Source: a bacterium
GTDB taxonomy: Bacteria > UBA8248 > JACPRG01 > G963555815
Direction of reading: 5' to 3'
Length of the DNA: 64,000 bases
NCBI GenBank assembly: GCA_965261595.1
Contig: CBDHDG010000006.1
Location: forward strand, 224,001 to 288,000
The position numbers and the translations under genes were made by a program. The notes beneath the pieces are model-generated. The model had not been told where the DNA came from, searched no databases, and worked only from the letters and a program-made list of their open reading frames with translations. Positions 53,196 through 64,000 of this stretch are shown one piece after another (the stretch's first letter is position 1; each line of letters opens with the position of its first letter).

Positions 53196-54119
53196 ATGAA
53201 ACCCACCATCGTGTTTCAGGGAGGGGCCATCAACCCCTCGGACGGCGAATTCGGCGATACGGCGATCGGGCACCTCCAGGTCGGCGTGGACATCCTCAAA
53301 GACGGCGGCGCCGCACTGGACGCGGTCATCGCCGTCATCACCTCGGCCGAGGACGACCCCCTCTATCACGCGGGAACCGGCTCCCGGCTGAACCTGAAAG
53401 GCCAGATCGAGCTCGACGCCACCATCATGAACGGGGCGACCTTCGAGGCCGGGTCCGTGGGAGGAATCCAGCGGGTCAAGAACCCCATCCAGGTCGCCAA
53501 GGCCGTGATGGACGAGACCGACCACGTCCTCCTCGTCGGCGAGGAGGCCGAGATAATCGCCCGAAAGATGGGCTTCGAGGAATTCGACCCGGAGCTCCCC
53601 CACCGCCGCGAGGAATGGAAAGACCTGAGGGCCAAGATCCTGAGCGGAGAGGAGCTTGGCGGCTTCTATTCCTACTGGAAAAAGATCCGCAAGTGGGCGG
53701 ACACCGTCGGGTGCTGCGCCGTGGACCGGGACGGCAATTTCGCCGCCGGAACATCGAGCGGCGGCTTCCCCCTCAAAATGCCCGGCCGCGTCGGGGACGT
53801 GGGCGTCATCGGCGCCGCCACGTACGCCCTGAACGGCGCGGGCGCCATCACGATCACCGGGGCCGGAGAGCTCGTCATCAAGACCTGTCTCGGGTACCAG
53901 GTCGTCCAGAACATGAAGGCGGGCAAATCCGCGCAGGCCGCCGCCGAGGAGGCCGTCAAAGACCTCAACGCGCGGTTCGACAACCCCCTGATGTTCTTGA
54001 TCTGCATCGACAAGGACGGCAACATGGGATCGGCTCGGAACGTTCACCTGACGCCGCATTCCCACTGGCAAGAGGGCATGGACGCACCCGAGGGGAACTT
54101 CGCTCCGGTTTTTGAGTAA
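53196..54119 (+). CDS. iaaA: Isoaspartyl peptidase / L-asparaginase (Ntn hydrolase)
   Basis: GGA, ALDAV...EDDP...AG.GS, ELDA.IM.G, KNPI, DTVG nucleophile, TSSGG, GRVGD. Confidence 0.88.
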   Translation: MKPTIVFQGGAINPSDGEFGDTAIGHLQVGVDILKDGGAALDAVIAVITSAEDDPLYHAGTGSRLNLKGQIELDATIMNGATFEAGSVGGIQRVKNPIQVAKAVMDETDHVLLVGEEAEIIARKMGFEEFDPELPHRREEWKDLRAKILSGEELGGFYSYWKKIRKWADTVGCCAVDRDGNFAAGTSSGGFPLKMPGRVGDVGVIGAATYALNGAGAITITGAGELVIKTCLGYQVVQNMKAGKSAQAAAEEAVKDLNARFDNPLMFLICIDKDGNMGSARNVHLTPHSHWQEGMDAPEGNFAPVFE

Positions 54120-54229
54120 TGACGCGATGGGGCGACGAGGGACGCACCGCGCGCCGGGTCGCCCTGAACCGCGTGAAGGAACTCTTGAGGAATCCGCTCA
54201 AGCAACATTCCCGACCCGGGGACTGTCGC

Positions 54230-57200
54230 TTACACCCTCCCCGCTTCCTTGAGCGCCTTGAAATTCGGGCCGTGGTCGAAGAAGGGGAATTCGCCCCGCT
54301 CTGAGCGCATTTTCTTCCGCAGTGAGGCCGTCGCGTTCTCGTCCACGGCCGCTTCATCCGAGAACACGACGCCGTAGTCCCGCCTCGCCCCCTCCGGGCT
54401 CACCTTTCCCCAGGCCACGTCCTCACGCACGAGATCCGTCTCCCGCTCCAGGGGGTCGCCCCAGCCGCCGCCGCCCGTCGTGATGATCCGGATGAGGTCG
54501 CCCGCCTTCACCGGGACCCGGTTGCTGAGAGCGGGGACTTTCCGCTCCTCCCTGCCGCTGGCCTCGCCCGGATTGATCGTCACCGAGTAGAGCCCGCCCG
54601 GCCGGCCGCCGTTCACCCCCCAAGGGGCGATGACCGAGCGGTCGGCGTTGCTGAGCGCCTCGCAGTCGCAGAGCGCCCGGAAAACCTTGAAATAGCCCAG
54701 GCCGCCCCGCCGCTTGCCCGGCCCGCCCGAGTCCACCGCCAGCCCCAGCCGCTCGACCCGGACGGGGAACCGGCTCTCGCTGAACTCGGCCGGCAGGTTT
54801 CGGCTATTGGGCACGACGTGGATGACGTCCACCCCGTCCCCCCAGGGCCGCCCGCCCGAGCCGCCCCCCAGGATCTCCCGGAAGAGAAAGAACTTCCCCT
54901 CTTCATCGTGGCCGTGAAGGCCCCAGTAGCGGATGGTCTCCTGGTCGGCGGGCATCTTCCCGCCGGTGGCGAGGCCGAGGACGCCGCAGAAAAGGCTCAA
55001 CAGCCGGAGGATGGTGAACGTCCGCATGTTCGTCGGGGCGGGGAAAACCGGCGTGATGAGGCTGCCCGGCTCGGGGAACTTTACGTCGATGAGCCGGCAG
55101 ATCCCCTCGTTGATCTCCACCTCGAACATGCGCTCGTAGCTGTCCGCCAGGTTGCGGAGGATCGGACCGACCCACTTTTTCAGGAAGGCCCCGTCGGCGT
55201 AGTCGCCGGGCCAGTTGATCGGCCCTTTCGCCTGGGGCGAGGTCCCCCGGAAATCCAGCGTGAGGCGGCCGTCCGCCTTAGTCATTTTCAGTTTGAGGAC
55301 GTGGACTTTGTCCGGCGTCACGCCGTCGCTCTCGATATAGTCCTCCCACGCGTAGGTCCCGTCCTCGATCTTGGAAAGCAGCTCGTCCCGGATCGTCCGC
55401 TCGCACTTGTCGAGGAGCGCGTCGAAGCACCGCAGGACCGTCTCCCGGCCGAACCGGTCGAACATCTCCAGAAGCCGGGCCCCGCCCGCGCGGCAGGCGG
55501 CGATCTCGGCGTCGATGTCCGCCCGCAGGTGCTCGCCCAGGCGGCTGTTGCGGAAGATGATCCGGTAGGCGCCCTCGTTCAGGACCCCCCGGTCGTACAG
55601 CTTGATGGGGGGGACGAGGATGCCCTCCTGGAAGACGTCGGTGGCGTTCGTCGGAAGGCTTCCCGGGACCATCCCCCCCACGTCGTCGTGGTGGCCGAAC
55701 ACCAGGGCGAAGGCGGACAGCTTCCCCCCGTGGAAAATGGGGACGCAGGAGCACAGGTCCGGCAGGTGGCCTATCCCCCCCTCGGACTCGTACACGTCGT
55801 TCCAGAGGAAGACGTCCCCTTCCCGGATCTCATCGAGGGACCAGTTCTTCAAGACGGGCGCGACGACGGCCGAATAGGACCGGCCGGTGAGCTTGTTCCC
55901 GTCCCGGTCGAACAACCCGACGCGGTAATCGTGCATGTCGCGGATGAGGGGGGAGCGGGCGGTGCGCTCGACGAGGTCTTCCATCTCCCGCTCGGCGGCG
56001 TAGAGCGCCCCTTCGATGATTTCCTGTACGACGGGGCCGGCCTCCGAGGCGGAATCGTCCGCCTCCGCGTCCTCCCGGACCGGAAGCCGGATCCTCAGAT
56101 TGCCCCGCGCGTCCACCTCGCACCGCCCCCCGGGCGGGACCACCGTCGTCGAGCCGTAATCCTCGACGATGGCGGGGCCTTCCACCGCGTCCCCGGCGCC
56201 CAGGCGGGTCCGGTCGTAAACCGGGGTCGAGACGGTTCCCGGCGCGGCGAAGTAAACCGGGCGCTCTCCCGTGCGGGCCGCCTCGGCCCCCCGTCCGTGC
56301 GGGACCGGCCGGTCCGGCGCGCGCGCCAGCCTGCCCACGGCCGTCACCCGGAGGTTGACCACCTCGACCGGGGTCCGGCCGCGGTAGTTGAAACCGAATT
56401 GGGCGAGGTAGGCCTCATGGAACCGGCCGGCGGCCTTTTCAAGAACGTCCGCGATCGATCCGCCCTTGGCGGGGAGGGGGGGGAACTCAACGGTCATCTC
56501 CTGCCCCTCGCCGTAGTACCGGAAATCCGCGGACCGCCGGTGCATCCGCGCGTCTTCGGGGGCGTCCTCGGCGTCGAGATCGGCACCGGCCCGGCGCTTC
56601 ATCTCCTGGAAGAGGCCCTCCACGTCCTCCGGCGGGATCCCGTCCAGACGGGCGATACACGCGCGGACGTAATCGTTGCGCAGGTCCACATTGACCAGGC
56701 CCATGGCGCTCCCGCACCCCGGGTCAGGCGGCACGATCACCTCGTCCACGCCGAGGACCTCGGCGATGTCCGCCGCCATGAGGGGGCCCGCCCCTCCGAA
56801 GGCGACGAGGGCGTATTCGCGCGGGTCCTTTCCCCGATTCACGGTCATCTGCCGGATGGCGAGGGCCTGGTTCCAGGCGGCCACGTCGAGGATCCCCCGG
56901 GCCGCTTCCTCGGGGCGAAGCCCCTGCGCCGCGGCGATCCGCCCGATTCCCTCCTCCGACCTGGCGCGATCGAGGGGCAGCTCCCCCCCCACCAATTTGT
57001 CGGGCAGCCGGCCGAGGAAGAGCTCGGCGTCCGTCACGGCGGGCTCTTCGCCGCCCCTGCCGTAGCACATCGGGCCGGGGTCGGCCCCGGCGCTCCTCGG
57101 GCCCACGCGGAGGCGGCCTTCGGCGTTGATCCAGGCGATCGATCCGCCGCCGGTGCCTACGGTGACGATATCGATCATGGGGATTTTCACGGTGTAATGG

Positions 57201-58165
57201 CCGAGCGTCGCCCGGGTGGTGTAAACGGGGGCGCCCCCTTCAATCACGGAGACATCCGTCGAGGTCCCGCCCGCGTCGAAGGTGATGACCTTTTCCAAGC
57301 CCGCGGCGGCGGCCAGCGCCGCGCCGGCCAGCACCCCCGCCGCGGGTCCGGAGAGGGCGGTCGCCAGGGGGCGATCCACCGCGGCCCGGGCGCTCATCAC
57401 GCCGCCGTTGGACTTCATCACCAGAAACGGGGTCCGGCCGCCCGCCGCTTCCCCCACCCGATCCGCCGCCCGGTCGATGTAACGCCGGATAACGGGCTTG
57501 CAAGCCGCGTCCATCAGCGTGCTCAGCGCGCGCTCGTATTCCTGTTGCTCGGGCAGGACCTCGCAGGAAAGCGAGACGAAGCATTCAGGGTGCTCTTCGG
57601 CGAGAATCTCCCGGGCGCGGAGCTCGTGGGCGGGATTGGCGTAGGCGTGGAGGAGACACACCCCGACGGTCCCGACGCCCAGGTCGCGGAAGCGGCGGGC
57701 CGCCGCGCGCACCGAGGACTCGTCCAGGGGCTCGATCGCCCGGCCCCGGGAGTCCATCCGCCCCCCCGCCTCCAGGACCCGGCCGGCCGGAACCAATCGG
57801 GGCGGCTTCACCCAAAAAAACGAGTTCCCGTAACCTTCCGGAACGCTCTGGCGGGCGATTTCGAGGATAAAGCGGAAACCCTCGGTGACGAGGAGACCCA
57901 TGTTGTGGTCTTCCCGCTCGAGGAGGACGTTGGTAGCCACAGTCGTCCCGTGGATGACGGCCGAGACGCGGGATTCCGACGCTCCCCCCTCCCCCGCCTC
58001 GCCGAGGATCCGCCGGACGCCGGAAAGCAGGGCTTGCGACGGGTCCGAGGGGGTGGAAGGGACTTTCGAGGAAAACAGCTTCCCGTCCGACTGGCGGACA
58101 GCGATGACGTCCGTAAACGTGCCCCCTGTGTCAACGCCGATCCGGAATTGCTCTTCCGCCGCCAT
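54230..58165 (-). CDS. Fused hydantoinase A/B (5-oxoprolinase / acetone carboxylase-like) protein
   Basis: GVDTGGTFTD, HGTTVATN, SGPAAG, DAGGTSTD, SAGADPGP.CYG, FGGAGP, HLPD, HHDDVGG, EG...PP, GGGGWGDP. Confidence 0.93.
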   Translation of the reverse strand: MAAEEQFRIGVDTGGTFTDVIAVRQSDGKLFSSKVPSTPSDPSQALLSGVRRILGEAGEGGASESRVSAVIHGTTVATNVLLEREDHNMGLLVTEGFRFILEIARQSVPEGYGNSFFWVKPPRLVPAGRVLEAGGRMDSRGRAIEPLDESSVRAAARRFRDLGVGTVGVCLLHAYANPAHELRAREILAEEHPECFVSLSCEVLPEQQEYERALSTLMDAACKPVIRRYIDRAADRVGEAAGGRTPFLVMKSNGGVMSARAAVDRPLATALSGPAAGVLAGAALAAAAGLEKVITFDAGGTSTDVSVIEGGAPVYTTRATLGHYTVKIPMIDIVTVGTGGGSIAWINAEGRLRVGPRSAGADPGPMCYGRGGEEPAVTDAELFLGRLPDKLVGGELPLDRARSEEGIGRIAAAQGLRPEEAARGILDVAAWNQALAIRQMTVNRGKDPREYALVAFGGAGPLMAADIAEVLGVDEVIVPPDPGCGSAMGLVNVDLRNDYVRACIARLDGIPPEDVEGLFQEMKRRAGADLDAEDAPEDARMHRRSADFRYYGEGQEMTVEFPPLPAKGGSIADVLEKAAGRFHEAYLAQFGFNYRGRTPVEVVNLRVTAVGRLARAPDRPVPHGRGAEAARTGERPVYFAAPGTVSTPVYDRTRLGAGDAVEGPAIVEDYGSTTVVPPGGRCEVDARGNLRIRLPVREDAEADDSASEAGPVVQEIIEGALYAAEREMEDLVERTARSPLIRDMHDYRVGLFDRDGNKLTGRSYSAVVAPVLKNWSLDEIREGDVFLWNDVYESEGGIGHLPDLCSCVPIFHGGKLSAFALVFGHHDDVGGMVPGSLPTNATDVFQEGILVPPIKLYDRGVLNEGAYRIIFRNSRLGEHLRADIDAEIAACRAGGARLLEMFDRFGRETVLRCFDALLDKCERTIRDELLSKIEDGTYAWEDYIESDGVTPDKVHVLKLKMTKADGRLTLDFRGTSPQAKGPINWPGDYADGAFLKKWVGPILRNLADSYERMFEVEINEGICRLIDVKFPEPGSLITPVFPAPTNMRTFTILRLLSLFCGVLGLATGGKMPADQETIRYWGLHGHDEEGKFFLFREILGGGSGGRPWGDGVDVIHVVPNSRNLPAEFSESRFPVRVERLGLAVDSGGPGKRRGGLGYFKVFRALCDCEALSNADRSVIAPWGVNGGRPGGLYSVTINPGEASGREERKVPALSNRVPVKAGDLIRIITTGGGGWGDPLERETDLVREDVAWGKVSPEGARRDYGVVFSDEAAVDENATASLRKKMRSERGEFPFFDHGPNFKALKEAGRV

Positions 58166-58439
58166 GATGCCCCCTACCCGTTCCCCGGCCTATCGGTCAC
58201 ACCGAACGGCGGTCGCGCCGAACGGGGGTTACGCCGAATGGGGCGAGGAACCCGCTCTCCCGGGGTTGCGCCCTGATGGATTCGGACGAGAGCGGGAAAA
58301 TGTTCACCCGGGGGTCAATAATTGCCGCCGGGTGGGTCATTTCTGCCCTTTTGGACGCGGCCAAATCCCCACCATATTCAAGTATCTCATAACCCGTGGA
58401 ATTTCAGGGAGATCCCGGCGGGGGGGGGCGCTCTTTTTC

Positions 58440-58455
58440 TGGCATCTTTTTTGCT
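58440..58455 (+). promoter_or_regulatory. sigma54 (-24/-12) promoter
   Basis: TGGCATCTTTTTTGCT: GG-N10-GC with TTGC, ~80 bp before the GGDEF gene. Confidence 0.7.
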
Positions 58456-58533
58456 CATACATGGCCTTACCCGATAGCTGTCGGGATTCAACCTTGTAGT
58501 GAAGGCGGAAGAGTTTCACAAGGGCGAGAAATC

Positions 58534-59636
58534 ATGGCGATTCTGAAACGCACAAAGGCCAAGGCGGTGTCGGCGCCCGCAAACGGCAGCACCGCCGGCG
58601 AAAAGAGCAATGGCGGACCGTGGGCCTGGGAGTTGACGGCCACGGCCCTCAACGATCTCTTTCTGGAGTTGGCCACTGTCGTCAGCGCGCCCGGCCTGAA
58701 GAACCTTGAGAAAGTCCTCGCCTCGATACCCGATCCGGACGATCCCGACATTACGCCCGCGGACCTCAAAAAGTTCGTCAAGCCGCTCGTCAAGCGGGGA
58801 AAAGAATACATCCAGGATTCCCGTGAATACCTGAACGATACAGAGAATGAGCTGAAAACGGTGATTCGCCTCCTGTCCAAGGCGATTGCCGAGATGAGCA
58901 GCGATGAGAACAAGTTCGCGAAATCCATCCTGGAGACCACAAACCGCCTTTCGGACATCTGCATCCTGGAAGACCTCCGGGCGATCCGCGAGTCCATCAG
59001 CAACGAGGTGGGGACCATCAAAGACACCGTTCGGGAGCAGAAAGAGAACAGCACCATCCGCATGTCCCAGCTCATCAAGCGGGTGGATATCTTGCAGGAT
59101 GAGCTGGAGACCGTCTCCCAGGAGTCTCTCCGGGACCCGCTCACGGGGCTTTATAACCGCCGCGCGTTCGATCAGGAGCTGAAGGGGCTTGTGGATCGGA
59201 ACCGAATCCTGCCCAACGCCTTCCTTCTGGTCATTTTCGACATTGACGATTTCAAGCTCATCAACGACCGCCTCGGACACCCCATCGGGGGGACAAAGCC
59301 CTGCAACTGGTGGCCAAGAGCACCCGCGACAACCTCAGGAGCAGTGATTTCCTGGCCCGTTATGGAGGCGACGAGTTCGTCCTCCTCCTCCAGACCGATT
59401 CCTTGAAAAAAGGAAAAAAGAAGATCCAGGGGCTGGCGGATTCCATCTCCCAGCTTGCGATCCCGGTCGAGTACGAATCCAAAACCGTTCAGCTCGCCCT
59501 GACCCTCAGCCTTGGAATCGCCAGATTCCAGGAGGGCGACACGGAGCAGACCCTCCTCAGCCGCGCCGATGAAATCCTCTATCTCTCCAAAAAAGCGGGC
59601 AAGAACCGGGTTTCAACAGAAGAGGATCTCACATGA
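58534..59636 (+). CDS. Diguanylate cyclase (coiled coil + GGDEF); frameshift in the G-run near 59290
   Basis: DPLTGLYNRR, DIDDFKLIND..GHPIG / DKAL..., RSSDFLARYGGDEF (RxxD I-site), GKNRV. Confidence 0.85.
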
Positions 59637-59793
59637 TTTTCCGGTGAACTTCACCGGCTTGCGCGATGAAGAACGGGGGCGACCCGCCCGAATCCCGCTG
59701 ATGCGCCCTTTCAGTCGTTTCCGAACCATTGTAGAATCCCGGCCACACTAATTCCGGATGACACGTGAATCGTCTGACCGGATTGGACGCCGG

Positions 59794-60333
59794 ATGAAAA
59801 GGATTTTGCGCCGTTTCTTGGGTTGTAGCCTCTTCACGGGTGCGCTGTTCTGCGCGGCCGTCACCGAGGCGCGATGCGTCACCCCCGTCCCCACGGACGA
59901 ATGCGTTCCCCTCTCAGGTGTAAAGACGCTGGGTCTTCTGGTTGAGATACGGGAAGGCGTGTCGGCCCTCGGTATTTCCAAAACCCGCCTGATGAAAGCG
60001 GTCCAGCGGATGGTCCGGGGCCTCATGCCTCAGGTTCAGACCCATCCGGACCCGGGGCGGACGCCGCAAATCCGCATCGTCGCTTCGCGTCTGCGCCACA
60101 AGGGGAGCTTCGCCTCGATTTGTCTTCGGGTGGAAGTCCGGGCCATCGACCTGGGAACCCAATCTTTGGCCTGGAAATCCGTTTGGCACACCAGCCATGT
60201 CATTCCCGCACCGGCGGGAATTGGGCTGTCCGCTCTGGAAGACTCGCTGAGGGTCAGCCTCACCCGCCTACGGGCCGATTGGCGCAGGGCCAACCCCGGA
60301 CGCGCTTCACGCACCGGTCCCGCCGGGCGCTGA
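59794..60333 (+). CDS. Hypothetical exported protein
   Basis: ORF with a signal-like N-terminus. No recognisable motif. Confidence 0.45.
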   Translation: MKRILRRFLGCSLFTGALFCAAVTEARCVTPVPTDECVPLSGVKTLGLLVEIREGVSALGISKTRLMKAVQRMVRGLMPQVQTHPDPGRTPQIRIVASRLRHKGSFASICLRVEVRAIDLGTQSLAWKSVWHTSHVIPAPAGIGLSALEDSLRVSLTRLRADWRRANPGRASRTGPAGR

Positions 60334-60591
60334 GATCCCCGCTACAGTCGGTTGAGCCTTTTTCGGAATAGCCATCGCGGCTGGAATTGCGCCTTTGCGC
60401 CGCCATCCCCGGGAGCCGTCCTCCGGCCGCACCCAACTTAGCGCGTGGGAGCGGCGAAGAACCCCGGGCCGTCCACCCCGTGAGGGATTGGCGCTACAAG
60501 CTCCCGCCCAGGTGGCGGAAGCGGGGACGGAAGTCTCCCAGCAACCCGCAGGTGAAAGCGGCCCGGATCCCTCCGGGGGGCGAGAGCATGA

Positions 60592-60966
60592 TCAGGACCA
60601 GCGACGGGAGGACGACAATGCTCTACAGGTAGAACATCCCCCCAAGACCGACGCCGGCGCGACCGCATAAAGGAGGGTATAAACCGTCAGGATGCCCCCG
60701 CCGTAGCGCAAGGTGCAGCGCGCCCCGTATTGGTCGATGAATTTTCCAATGTAGGGCCGGGAGCCGAGAAGGCCGATCGCGAAAATGCTCATCACCAAGC
60801 CGATCTGCGTCGTACCGATGTTGAAAGCCGCCAGGTAGAGGGGAAGCGTCGGCAGGAGCATGGCAAAGGAGATATAGAAGAGAACCTCGGTAAAGAAAAT
60901 GATGAACAGGTTTTGGTGCTTGAACTCCAGCAGGGTTTCCTGCAGGTCGCCCCCCCCGAGGCCCAT
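60592..60966 (-). pseudogene. MFS transporter 5' fragment
   Basis: MLLPTLPLYL, IGLVMSIF, RPYIGKFIDQYGAR (MFS motif A). Stops after ~3 TM helices. Confidence 0.7.
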
Positions 60967-61321
60967 GATTCCACACCCCCCATACAGGCTGGTTCGATGC
61001 TTGACTTGCAGGGCGCCGCACACCGAATGCGGCCGTCTCGCCCGCACGCTCAGGTTCTGACAAGCTTCGCGGGGAACGAAAACCCGCTTCGACCGTCCAT
61101 GCGTGTGTCCAACGTTCCTGGGGATGTCATACTTCTTTTCGTGGATCGCGCAATCTCTTTGACGCCGGGCGGGTCGCTTGGGGCATTGATGGATGCTCCC
61201 CTGAACAATGCTTCGGGAACGGAGAGAATCTGTATCTCCCCGTGAAACCCATCCCCGATACGAATTTCCGAGAACCTATCTCCCATCCCGGAAAACCGAA
61301 GACCCACGAGCAAATTAGTTG

Positions 61322-61350
61322 TTGACATGTGTAAAAAATCACTGTCTAAT
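61322..61350 (+). promoter_or_regulatory. sigma70-like promoter with overlapping CRP/FNR-family-like box
   Basis: TTGACA-N17-TCTAAT. TGTGT-N6-TCACT at 61328-61343. Confidence 0.45.
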
Positions 61351-61605
61351 AAATGTGAGGTTGCCTATGGGTGAGTCCAACCCGGCCCCGCCTGTCCCTG
61401 CCAGGCAATCCCAGCCCTTTCCGGTTGGAAGGTGTTGGGTTCCGCGTTCTTCGTCCGGGTGTGACAAGAGACGGGAAGTTGCCCGCACCCTAAAAACATT
61501 TCCTAGCGAATTCGACATGCCGGTGAGTTGGTTTCCAGCGACTCGGCGAGCCAAGCGCGGAATCTCAGATACGACACATTGCAGGGAACCCAGGGGGAGG
61601 AAGCC

Positions 61606-63021
61606 ATGGCGCTGACTCACGAAGAAGAACCCAGACAGCTTTTGTATGGGATTGACGACGTGCCGTCGACAGGGCGGTCAATCGTCTTCGGTCTCCAGCA
61701 CGTTCTCACGATGTTCGGCGCCACGGTCAGCGTCCCGCTGATCCTCAAGGGCGCTCTTGGAATGGACGCCGTGCAAACGGGCATCCTCGTCACGGCGGTC
61801 ATGCTGTGCTCAGGGATCGCAACGGTGCTCCAGGTGACGATTGGTAGCCGGCTGCCCATCATCCAGGGCGTCTCCTTCTCCTTTCTGGCCGCTTTCTTTT
61901 TCATCGCCGGCCAGTACAAAGGCCCCGAAGCGATGCAATACATCGCGGGCGGGATCCTGTTGGGGGCCATCGTGGAGATGGTCATCGGATGGGGACGCCT
62001 CGCCGGATTGGTCCGAAAAATCCTCACCCCGGTGGTCATCGGCCCGGTGATCATGCTCATCGGCCTGGCGCTGTTCGCCGTCGGCGCGCCGCAGGCGGGA
62101 CTTCACTGGCCGACCTCCATCCTGACCATGGTGTTGATCTTCCTGTTCTCGCAGATCTGGTCGAAGAAGAGCATGCTCCTGCGGATGTTCCCCATCTTCA
62201 TGGCCATCCTGGTGGTTTGGGTCCTAAATCTCATCCTGAGCCAAGTGGGGGCGTACGGGCCCAAGCATCCGGGCTTCATCAACTTGGCCACGGTCAGCGC
62301 CGCGCCCTGGTTCAAATGGAGCACGGACAGCATCATTCTGCCCTGGGGCCCGCCGAAGTTCCACATCGGGTTCTTCTTTGCCATCCTGGCGGGATACCTG
62401 GCGTCGATGGTTGAGAGCATCGGCGACTACCACGCCGTCGCCGCGATGTCCCGCGCCCCCAAGCCGACCACCGAACAGTTGAACAAGGGCATCGGGTCCG
62501 AGGGATTAGGGTGCTTTATCACTGGCCTGCTTGGCGGGTTCGCCAGCACGAGCTACTCGGAAAACATCGGGCTGGTCAGCATCACGCGGGTGGCCTCCCG
62601 GCGCGTGGTCCTCGTCGCCGGGATCATCCTCATCATCGTGGGGCTCATCTCCAAATTCGGGGCGCTCATCTCCACGATGCCGGCTCCCTTGGTCGGCGGG
62701 CTCTACTGCGCGCTGTTCGGCCTCATCGCGGCCGTCGGCATCCAGCAGGTGGCCAAGGCCGATCTCAGTTCCGACCGAAATCTGTTGATAGTCGGGTTCA
62801 TCCTATTCATGGGGCTGAGCCTGCCCGCGTACATCAGCGGCGCCCCGCCCTTCAAAATCGACGGCGCGGCCCGGATGCGGGCAATCTTCGGAGGCGGGCT
62901 CGGCAACATCATCAACTCCCTGGCCGGCAGCGGAATGGCCGTGGCGGCGATCCTGGGACTGATCCTGGACAACTGGATTCCAGGAACAGATAAAGAGCGG
63001 GGCGTCAAAGCAGAGGCATAA
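61606..63021 (+). CDS. NCS2 nucleobase permease (xanthine/uracil/SLC23-like)
   Basis: GLQHVLTMFGAT..VP, GSRLPIIQG.SF, ESIGDY, TSYSENIG...TRVASR, RNL. Confidence 0.93.
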   Translation: MALTHEEEPRQLLYGIDDVPSTGRSIVFGLQHVLTMFGATVSVPLILKGALGMDAVQTGILVTAVMLCSGIATVLQVTIGSRLPIIQGVSFSFLAAFFFIAGQYKGPEAMQYIAGGILLGAIVEMVIGWGRLAGLVRKILTPVVIGPVIMLIGLALFAVGAPQAGLHWPTSILTMVLIFLFSQIWSKKSMLLRMFPIFMAILVVWVLNLILSQVGAYGPKHPGFINLATVSAAPWFKWSTDSIILPWGPPKFHIGFFFAILAGYLASMVESIGDYHAVAAMSRAPKPTTEQLNKGIGSEGLGCFITGLLGGFASTSYSENIGLVSITRVASRRVVLVAGIILIIVGLISKFGALISTMPAPLVGGLYCALFGLIAAVGIQQVAKADLSSDRNLLIVGFILFMGLSLPAYISGAPPFKIDGAARMRAIFGGGLGNIINSLAGSGMAVAAILGLILDNWIPGTDKERGVKAEA

Positions 63022-63077
63022 AAGGAGCCTAACGCCCCATCACATAAGACGGGCGGGCGCAAAAGAGCCGTCCGTTC

Positions 63078-63674
63078 TCAAGTTCGTTCGCAGGAGGCCC
63101 CCAGGGGCCTCCTGCGTTTTCTCATGCACGGCGCCGGATGCGTGTCCCAGCAATCCAGCCGCGGACCCCCGCCGGCTCGTCTCGCCCGAGCTGACCTCCG
63201 TCGAATCGGGAAGCCCCCGCCATTTGAGGCCGAACAAACGCCGGGCGTTCCGGTAAGCGACTCCGCGCGCCGTCTCCAGGCACAGGAGGGGAAGCAAACC
63301 GGCGCGCGGACCATGCGTATTGCCCTCTCATGCTCCTCGGGGCTGTGGGCGTCGGTCCCAATCATAAAGCGGTCCGGAAAGTCCTCGATTAGCCGGAGCC
63401 AGGCGGCGGCCGGCCCCGCCAAGTCGAAGCTCATCCGCCTGGGGAAGCGTTCGATCAAACGAATCCGGAGGACGGGCGGATAGCGGAAGGAAAGCTCACA
63501 AAAGAGATTCGGGTTCAGGGCGAGGAGGGGGCGCACATCCGCCGCCGCGGCGTTTGACCCGCAGTGATTCCAGAGAACGCGCCCGCGGCGGTCACTCGCC
63601 AGCAAACGCTCCAGCCGGGCCGCGCTGTCCGGGTCGGCATCCATATAAATGGTAGGGAACCGCCGGATTGGCAT
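63078..63674 (-). pseudogene. Amidohydrolase-family 3' fragment
   Basis: WNHCG, NPNLFCELSFR, FPDRFMIGTD. The alternate frame ends ETARGVAYRNARRLFGL. No N-terminal half. Confidence 0.6.
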
Positions 63675-64000
63675 CGATCAATCTACTCTTTTCATCCGGA
63701 CCTTCACTGGTGATCAAACTTTTTCCGATCATCAGCGTCGTCGCTGGTTGGGAAAAATAAAATCGGGCGGTGGCCAGCGACACCTCCAGAATAAACCCAA
63801 GAAGGCAGGCCGCGAGGTTGTGATAAAATCGCCGCAGTCGATTTTTCGCGTCATTTGGTTTGACTCCCCTATTCTGTTCGGCATGAGCGGAGAAGCGTTC
63901 CCGGACCGAAACCGGCGTGTGAAATCATCCCCGCCTCACGCGCGGAATTTGATTGTGAAGGGTTTCGTTGATGTCCTTCGGACCTCAGACCATTATGCGG

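Noticed and set aside
61350..61605. Purine or xanthine riboswitch in the long leader of the NCS2 permease
   Set aside because: I could not identify the conserved aptamer or a terminator; needs an Rfam/Infernal search.

Overview
GC-rich region of a diderm bacterium, heavily eroded by insertion sequences. Core-like genes: a type XI secretion pair (Slam plus a TbpB-like barrel lipoprotein), a TAXI-TRAP transporter with a maleate-isomerase-family gene, tRNA-Leu(CAG), a cNMP-patatin/PlsC pair, an RDD-histidine kinase/response regulator/sigma54-activator operon, nitroreductase, ferritin-like and HDAC genes, a PEP-CTERM protein with a TPR partner, M24 peptidase, isoaspartyl peptidase, oxoprolinase/hydantoinase, a GGDEF protein and an NCS2 permease. 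Mobile DNA: four near-identical 1404-bp IS3-family copies, three IS1380 elements plus several orphan IS1380 ends and a deleted derivative, other IS3/IS21/IS5/RAYT remnants, and an IS66-like element carrying a DruA (DUF4338)-like gene. The best-supported unusual feature is ISEcp1-style capture transposition by IS1380: in two cases the 5-bp target duplication lies outside the element plus extra DNA, and removing the whole unit restores the interrupted gene exactly (a PHP-ATPase defence-like gene and a Rieske ferredoxin). The IS66-DruA element and a deleted relative sit head-to-head inside an unexplained ~150-bp inverted repeat. Many single-base frameshifts fall in homopolymers and may be sequencing error. 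All product names come from motif recognition by eye, not from database searches.
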